IMG/VR virus record: IMGVR_UViG_3300032167_000055
DNA: 64,000 bases
Origin: an uncultured virus (IMG/VR IMGVR_UViG_3300032167_000055)
Lineage: Duplodnaviria; Heunggongvirae; Uroviricota; Caudoviricetes
Strand: one strand, 5' to 3'
In this document: positions 51,973 to 61,123 of the stretch, in pieces
How the letters are laid out: every line of letters begins with the position of its first letter
Position numbering within the stretch: the first letter of the stretch is position 1
Notes under the pieces: model-generated
The model's input: only the letters and a program-made list of their open reading frames with translations
The model's database searches: none
Told to the model about the DNA's origin: nothing
Made by a program: the position numbers and the translations under genes

Positions 51973-53346
51973 TTACTTATAATCATCCATATTAGCTTTA
52001 TCTGTATTCCAGAATAAAGTTAAGATATTAATAAACTTATCCTGAGACAAAACAGCACCAGCAGCATGTTTGTGACCACCACCATTTAAATCTAAAGTAG
52101 CAATCTTACCACAATCAGGAGCATCATCAATAAGATTACTACTCCTGAAAGATGCAGTACGAGAATTTGTAAATAACATAATAACTAATTTGATTTTTGG
52201 ATAATCTTTTAAGAGAGTATTTCCTACAAAAGACGCATCCGTGACATCCTGAAGAATTACGGCTACGTTATCTTCATATTTAAGCTCTTCATTACATTCA
52301 AGATTCAACGCATATTTAATTCGTTCGTATGGAAATACTCTTATACCTTTAGTCACTCCTCTGTATTCTGTCTTTCTCTGATCAAACAAGAAAGACAATT
52401 TCAAAAGTTCTGATTTCGGAAGAGTTGGAAGATATTCATATTCACCAACTAAAGGTATATCATCTAATGAATCATAAACCATATTTAAGAATCTGAAGAA
52501 ATCTCCTTTATAGCTTTTCCATAAAACAGTTAAAGCATCCATGTAATCATGGTCAATAACACAATCTCTATCTTTCTTTGAAAACTCAAAGGTATCATAC
52601 ATAGATGTATGATATACAAGTTTGATCAAGTTTATCATGAAATTTAAATCATGAAAATCAAATAATCCCATATCAAGAAGAAATCTAAAGTATACATATG
52701 CGGCAGACCTTTCTGCAACAGAAAGACCACCATCGAGTTTATATTGTACAATCAATTCTTCAATTTCTCGTTTTATATCTTTTGCACCACATAATTTATT
52801 AAATGTAATATCTAATTCCGGAACTTTACACTTTCCATGTGTTTTGAAATAGTTATCGCAGATACATACTCTTTCAGGAAGATAAAATTCATCTTCATTG
52901 AAATTATATGTAAATTTACCAAATTCAGGGTTTGATGCGTGATGATCAAATTCCCAAAATCCAATATGTGAATCAGGATAGCAATCAGTGATAACTTTCT
53001 TCACATAATCAATAAATACAGTAGGTACATGTAAATCAGTTACAATAATAAGGTATTCAAGGTTTTCACCTTCTATTGTGTCTGATGTATAATGTGAACT
53101 GCATGCATATTCAGTATAGTCTGTAATATTTTTATGCGTAATCTTTTCTTGTATAATAGATTCCATCTGCTCTGTATTAGCAGGCATTCCAATTATAAAT
53201 GGTTTAGCAAAATAAGCATCACCACAATTTACACCACCAAGACATATAGAATTGGTTAAGATTCCACACACAATACCATCGATGTCTGCACTATGTGTGA
53301 AGTTAATAGGGATAATAATTTTAGTGTTTTCTACAGTAGTTTCCAT
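51973..53346 (-). CDS. DHH/DHHA1-family phosphoesterase
   Basis: 'THSADIDG', 'VTDL', 'FDHH', 'SFRS', 'GGGHKHAAG'. Confidence 0.85.
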   Translation of the reverse strand: METTVENTKIIIPINFTHSADIDGIVCGILTNSICLGGVNCGDAYFAKPFIIGMPANTEQMESIIQEKITHKNITDYTEYACSSHYTSDTIEGENLEYLIIVTDLHVPTVFIDYVKKVITDCYPDSHIGFWEFDHHASNPEFGKFTYNFNEDEFYLPERVCICDNYFKTHGKCKVPELDITFNKLCGAKDIKREIEELIVQYKLDGGLSVAERSAAYVYFRFLLDMGLFDFHDLNFMINLIKLVYHTSMYDTFEFSKKDRDCVIDHDYMDALTVLWKSYKGDFFRFLNMVYDSLDDIPLVGEYEYLPTLPKSELLKLSFLFDQRKTEYRGVTKGIRVFPYERIKYALNLECNEELKYEDNVAVILQDVTDASFVGNTLLKDYPKIKLVIMLFTNSRTASFRSSNLIDDAPDCGKIATLDLNGGGHKHAAGAVLSQDKFINILTLFWNTDKANMDDYK

Positions 53347-53357
53347 TTTGTCCTCCT

Positions 53358-53699
53358 TTAAAATGTAAATCTGTAACCACCTTTTACAGCAGCTCCATTT
53401 CCTTTTTCTAAAACCTGTATTTCAGTAAGGTATTTAATAGATTTTTTTATTTTCTTTACTTTGATTCCTAATTCTTCACTCATTAGATCTATATGGATCT
53501 TTGTAAAATTATTAGGATCAGGTCCTGGATTTGTCGTATTAATACGACGGGTTTTGTTATAACCACTTAATACTGTAAGCAAATAGCAAATTACTTTAAG
53601 ATCTACAAAACTCAGATCATATAATGTAATAAGTTCTCTAAATGCTTCTTTTGGGACGTGAAAATTTTGTCTAAATTGTGCTACATCCACTGTACTCAT
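53358..53699 (-). CDS. Putative winged-helix DNA-binding protein
   Basis: 'MSEELGIKVKKIKKSIKYLTEIQVL' HTH-like segment. Confidence 0.55.
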   Translation of the reverse strand: MSTVDVAQFRQNFHVPKEAFRELITLYDLSFVDLKVICYLLTVLSGYNKTRRINTTNPGPDPNNFTKIHIDLMSEELGIKVKKIKKSIKYLTEIQVLEKGNGAAVKGGYRFTF

Positions 53700-53786
53700 T
53701 TTAAATCTCCTTTACTATAAAAATTTATAGTTGAGAAGGTTTTTACTATATCCTTCTCAACTATTTCAAATAAATAATATACTTCT

Positions 53787-54971
53787 TTAAATTGCAAGTG
53801 TGACAGATTCACTTGCTCTTGTAACCATTGTGTATAATACCTTCCTCTTAAAATCTTCAGCACCATAAAGTTCGGCAAGAGCAGTTACATTAGGCCACTG
53901 AGATCCTTGAGATGAATATACAGTGATAGCATATGCAAATTCAAATATATTCATTCCAAAGCTCATGGCTGCTTGTGATTCACTCTTTTCAAGTCTCATC
54001 AAGTGCTTATAATCAATAGGAAGATTTCTAAATGTTTTAGGTGTAAAATCTGGTCTAAAATCGCATTCAATACTTCTACCATTATAAGTTTCTTTATTGA
54101 CATAATCTAGGAAACCTGTGGTTCCGTTTGTAAGAAATAAATTATCTCCAACAGATTTAGACCAATCGTTTCGTCTACATATTACTTTTTCTCCAACATA
54201 TGGAAGATCAAGTCTTGTAAATCCACAAAATTCCTCACGGAATAAGTTGTTTATATGTTGCTTAAGGTTATTTGTTACAGTTAATACAATATCTGCATTT
54301 TTAAGCTGATATGGATCTAAATCTTTCTTTCGTATAATTGCACTAGAACCATATACACCGGGTCTTAAATCATAACCATCAAGAATTCTATGAGCAATAT
54401 ATACAATTGGATTGTCTTCAGCCTGTCTCATGAGTTTTCGTAACGTTACATTAGGATCAACCAAAAATACAGATTTTCCAAATACTGGAGGTAACTGATT
54501 TGTATCACCTAATGCGAAAATAGGTAATCCAAAATTAGTTATGTCAGTTTTCATCTCTTGATTAATCATCGTAGCTTCATCAATACAAATAGCTTTATAA
54601 CGTTTTTTAAGATGATCTTTCGGTCTGAAAACGCCTTTTAATTTAGGTTTTCCATTAGGAAGTATAATAGCTCTTCCATCTTCATCTCTATCTATTTCTT
54701 TTATATATTCGTAAAATGCTGAATGACATGTAATAGCAGGTAAACTATTTCGGGCTAACTGTGTAGCAGCTTTACCTGTATATGCAACAAATAACACATC
54801 ATGAAAAGGATCAAGACCTAATTCTTGTAATATGTATTTTATAGAAGTCGTCTTTCCTGTACCAGCAGCGCCAGATATTTCAAATATCTGATCTGAACTG
54901 GCAGAATGCCACCATCTACTTGCTTCAATACCAGCAAATATCTGGTCTGAATTTAATTCAATTCTTCCCAT
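53787..54971 (-). CDS. Dda/RecD-like SF1B DNA helicase
   Basis: 'GAAGTGKTT', 'AYTGKAA', 'IDEATM', 'GDTNQLPPV', 'AYAITVYSSQGSQW', 'YTMVTRA'. Confidence 0.9.
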   Translation of the reverse strand: MGRIELNSDQIFAGIEASRWWHSASSDQIFEISGAAGTGKTTSIKYILQELGLDPFHDVLFVAYTGKAATQLARNSLPAITCHSAFYEYIKEIDRDEDGRAIILPNGKPKLKGVFRPKDHLKKRYKAICIDEATMINQEMKTDITNFGLPIFALGDTNQLPPVFGKSVFLVDPNVTLRKLMRQAEDNPIVYIAHRILDGYDLRPGVYGSSAIIRKKDLDPYQLKNADIVLTVTNNLKQHINNLFREEFCGFTRLDLPYVGEKVICRRNDWSKSVGDNLFLTNGTTGFLDYVNKETYNGRSIECDFRPDFTPKTFRNLPIDYKHLMRLEKSESQAAMSFGMNIFEFAYAITVYSSQGSQWPNVTALAELYGAEDFKRKVLYTMVTRASESVTLAI

Positions 54972-55014
54972 AAAATAATCTCCTTTTAAGATTTTATGGG
55001 ACTGTCACTATAAT

Positions 55015-55129
55015 GAAAAATGAAAGTGAGATAGGATACAAAAATGTATCCTATCTCGAAAGGTACTTTGTGTTCGATTTTGATTCTTTAAAAAGACCAA
55101 ATTAGTATTTTTATATGGAATTATCCATT
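55015..55129 (-). ncRNA. Candidate late small RNA B, or attenuating leader of the helicase gene
   Basis: AACA-GATTTG-TA promoter motif, 5' AATGGATAATTCCATAT like candidate A, 3' hairpin GAGATAGGATACA/TGTATCCTATCTC plus U-rich tail. Confidence 0.4.
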
Positions 55130-55153
55130 ACAAATCTGTTTATCATTTATTAA

Positions 55154-55756
55154 TTATTTATACATAATGAAATATGATCTCATATTTGTATTTGTTAATC
55201 CTAACCAATAAGGAGATTTTATGATTACTGATGTTGAAGTTTTTTCATATACATCTGAAGCACTAACAAATTTTCTATTAGTACCATTACTTGTATGCCA
55301 GTTTGACACTGAATAAGTTCCATCTGACATTAAGAAACAAGCTGTTCCTACGGCACCACTCTTAGCTTCAACAATATATCCTAGTAATTGATTAAAATCA
55401 GATGGTGAAATATATGATGTTACATCAGTAGTCCAAGGTTTATATATAACAAACTTAGCTTCAATTTCCGCTTGTATCCATTTACCATCATGTAAACTTT
55501 TAAAAGGGGTTACTGTATCAGCACCGCTTGGTATGTATCCCCAATTTCCTTCCGGATCTTGTCCAAATGAAATATTAGTTAAACTATTATGAGTATGACT
55601 CTCAAATGAGAACCCACCTAAGTCATACCATCCATCTATTGTACATTTTAACTTTGAACCAGTCCAACCAATATTAACCGTATTAGAGCTTTGATCTACA
55701 CCGCCTCCTTGTCTAACAGGAACAAATCCTAGTGAATTTTGCTTGTTACTATTTAG
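55154..55756 (-). other. Silent tail-fibre cassette 6
   Basis: 200 sense codons with no start at the 5' end: LNSNKQNSLGFVPVRQGGG...VNIGWTGSKL...GYIPSGADTVTPFK...; phage fibre-type motifs; not in the ORF track. Confidence 0.85.
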
Positions 55757-55825
55757 CTAAATAAAGAATCTGTAAGTCTCGAGAAATATCGAGACTTACA
55801 GAAAACTTACTTAACTAAATTCCGT
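55746..55825 (-). repeat. 80-bp hairpin element, copy 6
   Basis: Near-identical; GTAAGTTTTC variant. Confidence 0.95.
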
Positions 55826-55924
55826 CCCCCCTGTCACCACTCTTCACAAAGTCAATATATCATATCTATAAATCAATCGCAAGAGATATGATTTTACTAT
55901 ATAACTAACCTATACATTCATATG

Positions 55925-56539
55925 TTAAGGTTTTATAACAACACTCGTTAATGTTAATTTACCATAACCAGTACCATCAAAATATCCTTCAGTGTCATAT
56001 CGGATTCTCAGTTTATATGTGCCTGATAATGATGGTAATGTAAATGTTTTATTAACAGCTGTAGATTGAAGTACTCCTCTACCATCAGCACTGCCACTTA
56101 TACTTGCAAGACTCATAACAGTAGTTGTTGCTCCTGTTGATGTATTGTATAATTCTACTGCCATCTTATTAACACCATAATGGTTACCATTCCAATATAC
56201 AGTACCAGTTATAGTTAATCTTTGTCCTGATGGAGTAAAGGTATTTGTTGAAAGTAAGTACGCATATCCATAACCATTATATCCACCACCAGCATCAATT
56301 TGAATAGTGATACTATTACCAGATAAAACTATAGGATTAGAAGGACGGTCATAATCAATCCAACCATCAGTATAACCACTTGATTGAAGAGTGTATGACG
56401 TAATATTAATGTCAGTAATCTTTTCCCATACTGTAGTAGTTGTAGAACCTTTTACAACATTTACTTTTGTTACATTAGTATTACCAACTTTAATCGTTCC
56501 TGATGAAGGTATAGTGGTTCCATTTACAATAATAGACAT
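55925..56539 (-). CDS. Putative tail-fibre tip adhesin (second gene of cassette 7)
   Basis: MSIIVNGTTIP... shared N-terminus; GGAGGT RBS. Confidence 0.75.
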   Translation of the reverse strand: MSIIVNGTTIPSSGTIKVGNTNVTKVNVVKGSTTTTVWEKITDINITSYTLQSSGYTDGWIDYDRPSNPIVLSGNSITIQIDAGGGYNGYGYAYLLSTNTFTPSGQRLTITGTVYWNGNHYGVNKMAVELYNTSTGATTTVMSLASISGSADGRGVLQSTAVNKTFTLPSLSGTYKLRIRYDTEGYFDGTGYGKLTLTSVVIKP

Positions 56540-56550
56540 ATTATACCTCC

Positions 56551-57072
56551 CTAAATTGTAATAGTAAGTGTTGTACCGGATAATGACGCTCTACAAAGTG
56601 TAAAATCTGTAGTATCTACTCTACATACAATACTGGATCCATTCCATCCTAAATACATTATATTTGAATAAGATGGATGCCTTCTGACCAAGTTTCCATT
56701 AGATTCTACTCCAGTCATTGTTGCATAATTTAGAGATGACAGATATGTTATATCTACAAGTTGTCTCCATGTAAATATTTCATGACCAGCTGAAATAACT
56801 CTATAATGAATACCATTATCATTAACCATTGGAAATGCTACTTCAGTATAGTATCCATCTCCATTTGCATGATTCATTCGTATTTTATGAAACCATGTAT
56901 TTGCAACAGGTGTTGAATTCTTCTTTGGACCTGACGTTGTTCCATCTCCGGTCGTATTCATATATTCTAATCCAGATTTACCATATACTGGAGCATTAGA
57001 ACCTGAATGTAATAGATATGCTAATCCTACAGCAGTTTCTCCAGAAATAACTTTATTTACGTTACTATTTAG
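56551..57072 (-). other. Silent tail-fibre cassette 7
   Basis: LNSNVNKVISG...SLSGTTLTITI*; frame opens at the element core. Confidence 0.85.
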
Positions 57073-57141
57073 CTAAATAAAGAATCTGTAAGTCTCGAGA
57101 AATATCGAGACTTACAGAAAACTTACTTAACTAAATTCCGT
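57062..57141 (-). repeat. 80-bp hairpin element, copy 7
   Basis: Near-identical; abuts the AGGTTAGTTATA end motif of cassette 8. Confidence 0.95.
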
Positions 57142-57177
57142 TATAACTAACCTAGAAATATAAAATATCTTTGATTT

Positions 57178-57663
57178 TTATGTGAAAGTACATGTCAAAG
57201 ATGTCGTTATAGTATGCGTAGATCCTATATCTCCACCAGATACTCCTATAGTAACGGAAGATTTTCCAGAAATATTTATTTCTAAAGTTTTTGTATATGT
57301 AGAACCTTGAGATGTTCCATCCCATTGTGTTCGTTTGTATAAAGAATAAACAGTTCCATCAACAACAACATTAGCATCTACTCCGTTACCATCCCAGCTA
57401 TTCCATGAAGCAGTTTTTACAGAAGCACTTATAGTTAATTTAGTATGACCACTAAGTGATACTGTATCTAACGTAGAACTATAAGTTCTGTATTCTTGAT
57501 CATCACTTGAATTATCCGTATATGAATATGTTTTAGTTATTGGTGTTGCTGATGATTTCCATACACTAGTTCCATTACATTTAACTTCTGTTATTTGCAC
57601 ACCATTAACTACAATTTTACCCTTTGATGTAGGTATAGTGGTTCCATTTACAATAATAGACAT
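57178..57663 (-). CDS. Putative tail-fibre tip adhesin (second gene of cassette 8)
   Basis: MSIIVNGTTIP... shared N-terminus; GGAGGT RBS. Confidence 0.75.
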   Translation of the reverse strand: MSIIVNGTTIPTSKGKIVVNGVQITEVKCNGTSVWKSSATPITKTYSYTDNSSDDQEYRTYSSTLDTVSLSGHTKLTISASVKTASWNSWDGNGVDANVVVDGTVYSLYKRTQWDGTSQGSTYTKTLEINISGKSSVTIGVSGGDIGSTHTITTSLTCTFT

Positions 57664-57674
57664 ATTATACCTCC

Positions 57675-58010
57675 CTAAATTGTAATAGTAAGAGTAGTTC
57701 CAGATAATGTCATATGACCTATATTCCTCATGTTTTTATATCCAAAATTACCATCACTTTTCTTATATCTGAATAGTAAATCATAACCATTATTTGCATC
57801 AGTATAAATATATGGTCCTAAACCACTAGCTGAGCCTAAATGGATACTTGCAAAAAATGGAGAAGAACCTGTGGCAGGGCGTGATTGTGAATCCCATATA
57901 GCGTTATTGGATGAATTATATAATACAAGATTTCCATCACTTTGTAATATAAATGTATATCCGTTTTGTGCAGATTTAAAACAAGCACCACTAGGTCCAT
58001 TACTATTTAG
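57675..58010 (-). other. Silent tail-fibre cassette 8 with a bulb-type lectin motif
   Basis: LNSNGPSG...YTFILQSDGNLVLYNSSNNAIWDS...TLSGTTLTITI*; QxDxNxVxY motif; not in the ORF track. Confidence 0.85.
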
Positions 58011-58079
58011 CTAAATAAAGAATCTGTAAGTCCCGAGAAATATCGAGACTTACAGAAAACTTACTTAACTAAATTCCGT
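58000..58079 (-). repeat. 80-bp hairpin element, copy 8
   Basis: Near-identical to the other copies. Confidence 0.95.
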
Positions 58080-58180
58080 GACGACCACCCTACTCTCCAA
58101 AAATATAGAAAAATCTTATACCTATCTAGATTTTCTTAATTTTTCAACATTTTTGTAATGTATAGAAAGGAAGTGAAAAA

Positions 58181-58900
58181 ATGAACTTATCTTCTCTTAT
58201 TACAAGAATAAAATTAGAACTCGGTATATATGCTATAGCATTACCTATTGAAGATATAGATGGAACTATTAGTAAAGTAATTAAAGATATAACTTTAAGA
58301 ACTTATTCCCAGTATTTTCCACAATATGATATTATAAGAAAACCTAGTGCTGAAATAGAAAAGGCTTCTAGAAATCTTGAATATACTGATTTGATTTTAG
58401 AGGTTCCTACAGGTCAAGAAATAGTTTTTGTTGCTGATGTATATTATGATGCATCTGATGTCAGTGGCATTGGTTATTATGGTGCAGGTATGCCTATATA
58501 CACACCAAATATGTTAGCAGATGTTTTAACTACTAATGTAGGAGCTGATTTAACAAATATGATGTTTCCTAAATTAACATGGAGATTTGATACTCCTAAT
58601 AGGCTTAGAGTATGGCATTTATATGGAGGAAGCATATTTATTAAATATGCTAAACTTCATGATCAATCACTTGCATCTATTCCTGTATCTCAAGAAGAAA
58701 CTTTCTTTAAAATTGCATTAATTGATGTAAAGAAAGTATTATATAGTGTACTTAAACACTACAACGAACTTGAAACTGCTCACGGACGTATCAGTTTAAA
58801 AATTGATGACTGGGCTGAAGCAGATAGTAAACGTGAAGAATTGCTAAGAGAGTGGGATGATAATTTCCACTTAGAGCAAAAGACCATTTATTGGGCATAA
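58181..58900 (+). CDS. Putative virion structural (possibly neck) protein
   Basis: 239-aa ORF, upstream AACA-TTTTTG-TA; 'LITRIKLELG' N-terminus reminiscent of neck proteins. Confidence 0.55.
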   Translation: MNLSSLITRIKLELGIYAIALPIEDIDGTISKVIKDITLRTYSQYFPQYDIIRKPSAEIEKASRNLEYTDLILEVPTGQEIVFVADVYYDASDVSGIGYYGAGMPIYTPNMLADVLTTNVGADLTNMMFPKLTWRFDTPNRLRVWHLYGGSIFIKYAKLHDQSLASIPVSQEETFFKIALIDVKKVLYSVLKHYNELETAHGRISLKIDDWAEADSKREELLREWDDNFHLEQKTIYWA

Positions 58901-58937
58901 AAATATCCCTTGGAGAAATTACTCTCCAAGGGATTAT

Positions 58938-59384
58938 TTAAAGCAAATATTCATATCCGCGTCTTGTTATATCAGAATAATTTAATTCTAACATACCATA
59001 AAAAGTTAATTCTGTTTCTTCATTTGTTTTTGGGTCTTTATACATTATATGAAATAATAACTTCTTTTCTTGTAAATATAAACGTAACCATAAAAAGAAA
59101 AATCGTTCATTTACAGGAAGAATATCAATATGTAATTCCTTTTTAAATTCAGGATTATTAAGTTCATATACTATAAGACCTAAAATAGGAAGATCGAATA
59201 TTTCAAGACCAAATATAGGTCTAATAAAAGTCTGATCTCCAATAGTTTCATTTTTATAATAACCTGTAAAATTCTTATTATCTAATATTTCAAGAACGTG
59301 TTCTTCTACAAACGGAACTATTCGTTTATTAAGTATGCATGAAAAAATCGTTTTAAATCTATCTATATCCATTTTTCCTATCAC
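58938..59384 (-). CDS. Hypothetical protein
   Basis: 148-aa ORF. Confidence 0.55.
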   Translation of the reverse strand: MIGKMDIDRFKTIFSCILNKRIVPFVEEHVLEILDNKNFTGYYKNETIGDQTFIRPIFGLEIFDLPILGLIVYELNNPEFKKELHIDILPVNERFFFLWLRLYLQEKKLLFHIMYKDPKTNEETELTFYGMLELNYSDITRRGYEYLL

Positions 59385-59453
59385 AATAAAACCTTCTTTC
59401 TAATAATAGTTTTAACTTATAGTTAAAATAAATATAGAAAGAGAGTTTATATT

Positions 59454-59918
59454 ATGATACCTATTTTACCTATAATACTAGGAAATAAAACGAATGAAGT
59501 TACTACTGATACTATTAATCGTAGAAGGTGTGAAGAAATAAAAAATAAAGAAATTAAAAAAAACAAAACACCAACTAATGGTGTAACTTTACATAAAACT
59601 CCAGGACCTGAAATAGATTTTGAGGATCCTTTTTTAAAAACTTCCATGGAATTATTGAAAGATATGGAAGAAGAATTAAATGAAGATTACGATCCAAATA
59701 TTGAACTTGAAGAACGTATTCTTGATATGGAGACATTTTTAGTTGACACTTATGCAAATCAAATGTCATTGGTTCAACTTCTTATTAATAAAGGTATGAT
59801 ATCATCTGGTGAGTACTTAGAATATAAAAAACTCATAAAGAAACAAGAAGATATTAATGCATTATATTCCGATATTCAAACTCGGAGAAAAATTTTAAAT
59901 GAAAGGAAAGAAATATAA
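59454..59918 (+). CDS. Hypothetical protein
   Basis: 154-aa ORF; C-terminus weakly resembles 47800-48093. Confidence 0.6.
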   Translation: MIPILPIILGNKTNEVTTDTINRRRCEEIKNKEIKKNKTPTNGVTLHKTPGPEIDFEDPFLKTSMELLKDMEEELNEDYDPNIELEERILDMETFLVDTYANQMSLVQLLINKGMISSGEYLEYKKLIKKQEDINALYSDIQTRRKILNERKEI

Positions 59919-59919
59919 T

Positions 59920-60378
59920 ATGTTAAATTATGATTCAACTGTAGATGCATTGGAGCATAAGAAAATTGTTGAGAAAACAATGAAAGTTATAATTGAAGAT
60001 CTTGTTTATAGAGCAAGTATTCATGATAACTCTAAGTTAGAATCTCCTGAAAGGGAAGGATACGATAGTTTGATTCCTGAACTTAGAAAAGCAAAATACG
60101 GATCAGAAAAGTATAATCAGATTCGTAAAGATATGATGGATAGATGTTTATCTCATCACTATGAGGTAAACAGGCATCATCCAGAACATTTTGAAAATGG
60201 TATTGAAGAATTTACTTTAGTCGATTTAGTCGAATATTTCGTTGATACCTATTCAGCGTCAACTAAATCAGATACACCTTATTCAGAAGGTGTTAAAATC
60301 AATGCTAAAAAACATAATCTTCCTGATGTATTGGTCAAAATATTTGAAAATACAGTAACGGAGTATTTTCCGAAATAA
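59920..60378 (+). CDS. DUF5662-like (HD-like) protein
   Basis: 'HDNSKL', 'HHYEVNRHHPEHF', 'LVEYFVD'. Confidence 0.7.
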   Translation: MLNYDSTVDALEHKKIVEKTMKVIIEDLVYRASIHDNSKLESPEREGYDSLIPELRKAKYGSEKYNQIRKDMMDRCLSHHYEVNRHHPEHFENGIEEFTLVDLVEYFVDTYSASTKSDTPYSEGVKINAKKHNLPDVLVKIFENTVTEYFPK

Positions 60379-60496
60379 CAAATATTTAAATCAGAATTTG
60401 TGGTCTGATATGAATATTCCATCTGATTGGTTTTGTTTGACATTTTGACCTCTTAAAATATGACCTTGTAGAGAAATCTACAAGGTCATATATGTT

Positions 60497-60895
60497 TTAT
60501 GCATCAAGTTTTGCAAAAAGTTCTGCTCTTTCTTCAGCAGTAATTTCACCATTCTTTTCGCTCTCATAAATCATAAGAGCGATTTCATCTCTAGTGAAAC
60601 CCTCATCAATAGCAGATTCAACTACAGACTCTTCTGCAGTAGGATTTTCTACAACAGGTTCCTCAGATGCACCCTCAACTACAGACTCTTCTGCAGTAGG
60701 TTCAGTAGTAGCATCCACGGATTCTTTTATATTGATAAGAGTCTGAGTGATATCAGCAAGCATCTTAACATCTTCCTCCTTCTGCATATCAGCAGACTCA
60801 CAGAAGTTAAGCATACTTTCAGAAAGATCTTTATCAATAAGATTTTCATCAACTGCTTCAAAAACAGCTAATTTAACTCTTTTAACATTATCCAT
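60497..60895 (-). CDS. Small acidic putative head/scaffold-like protein with an IYES-GEIT motif
   Basis: 'IALMIYESEKNGEITAEERAELF'; internal PTAEESVVE repeat; late promoter motif. Confidence 0.7.
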   Translation of the reverse strand: MDNVKRVKLAVFEAVDENLIDKDLSESMLNFCESADMQKEEDVKMLADITQTLINIKESVDATTEPTAEESVVEGASEEPVVENPTAEESVVESAIDEGFTRDEIALMIYESEKNGEITAEERAELFAKLDA

Positions 60896-61123
60896 GATTG
60901 ATTACTTCCTTTCTATAAGTTTATTAATACCTTGTTTTGGTATAAAAAAGAAAAAAAAATAAATTGCACCAAAGGTGCTGTACGAATAAACACCATACAA
61001 CTATGTACAAGCACCTTGTACACGAAAATAATATACTTTTATAAATCGTTACTTTTACAAAGTAAATACTAATTTTTTCATTGATATATTATTTTAATAG
61101 ATAAAAGAAAGGAGTGATCGTTA

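Noticed and set aside
10708..58010. Diversity-generating retroelement
   Set aside because: No reverse transcriptase in the window and no template/variable repeat pair differing at adenines; the cassettes are mostly non-homologous.
11165..58079. 80-bp repeats as a CRISPR array
   Set aside because: Copies are about 1-12 kb apart, too long, separated by coding DNA, and no cas genes are visible.
60960..61070. Alternative hairpins AAGGTGCTGTAC/GTACAAGCACCTT
   Set aside because: Single occurrence with no clear promoter or terminator context; too weak to call.
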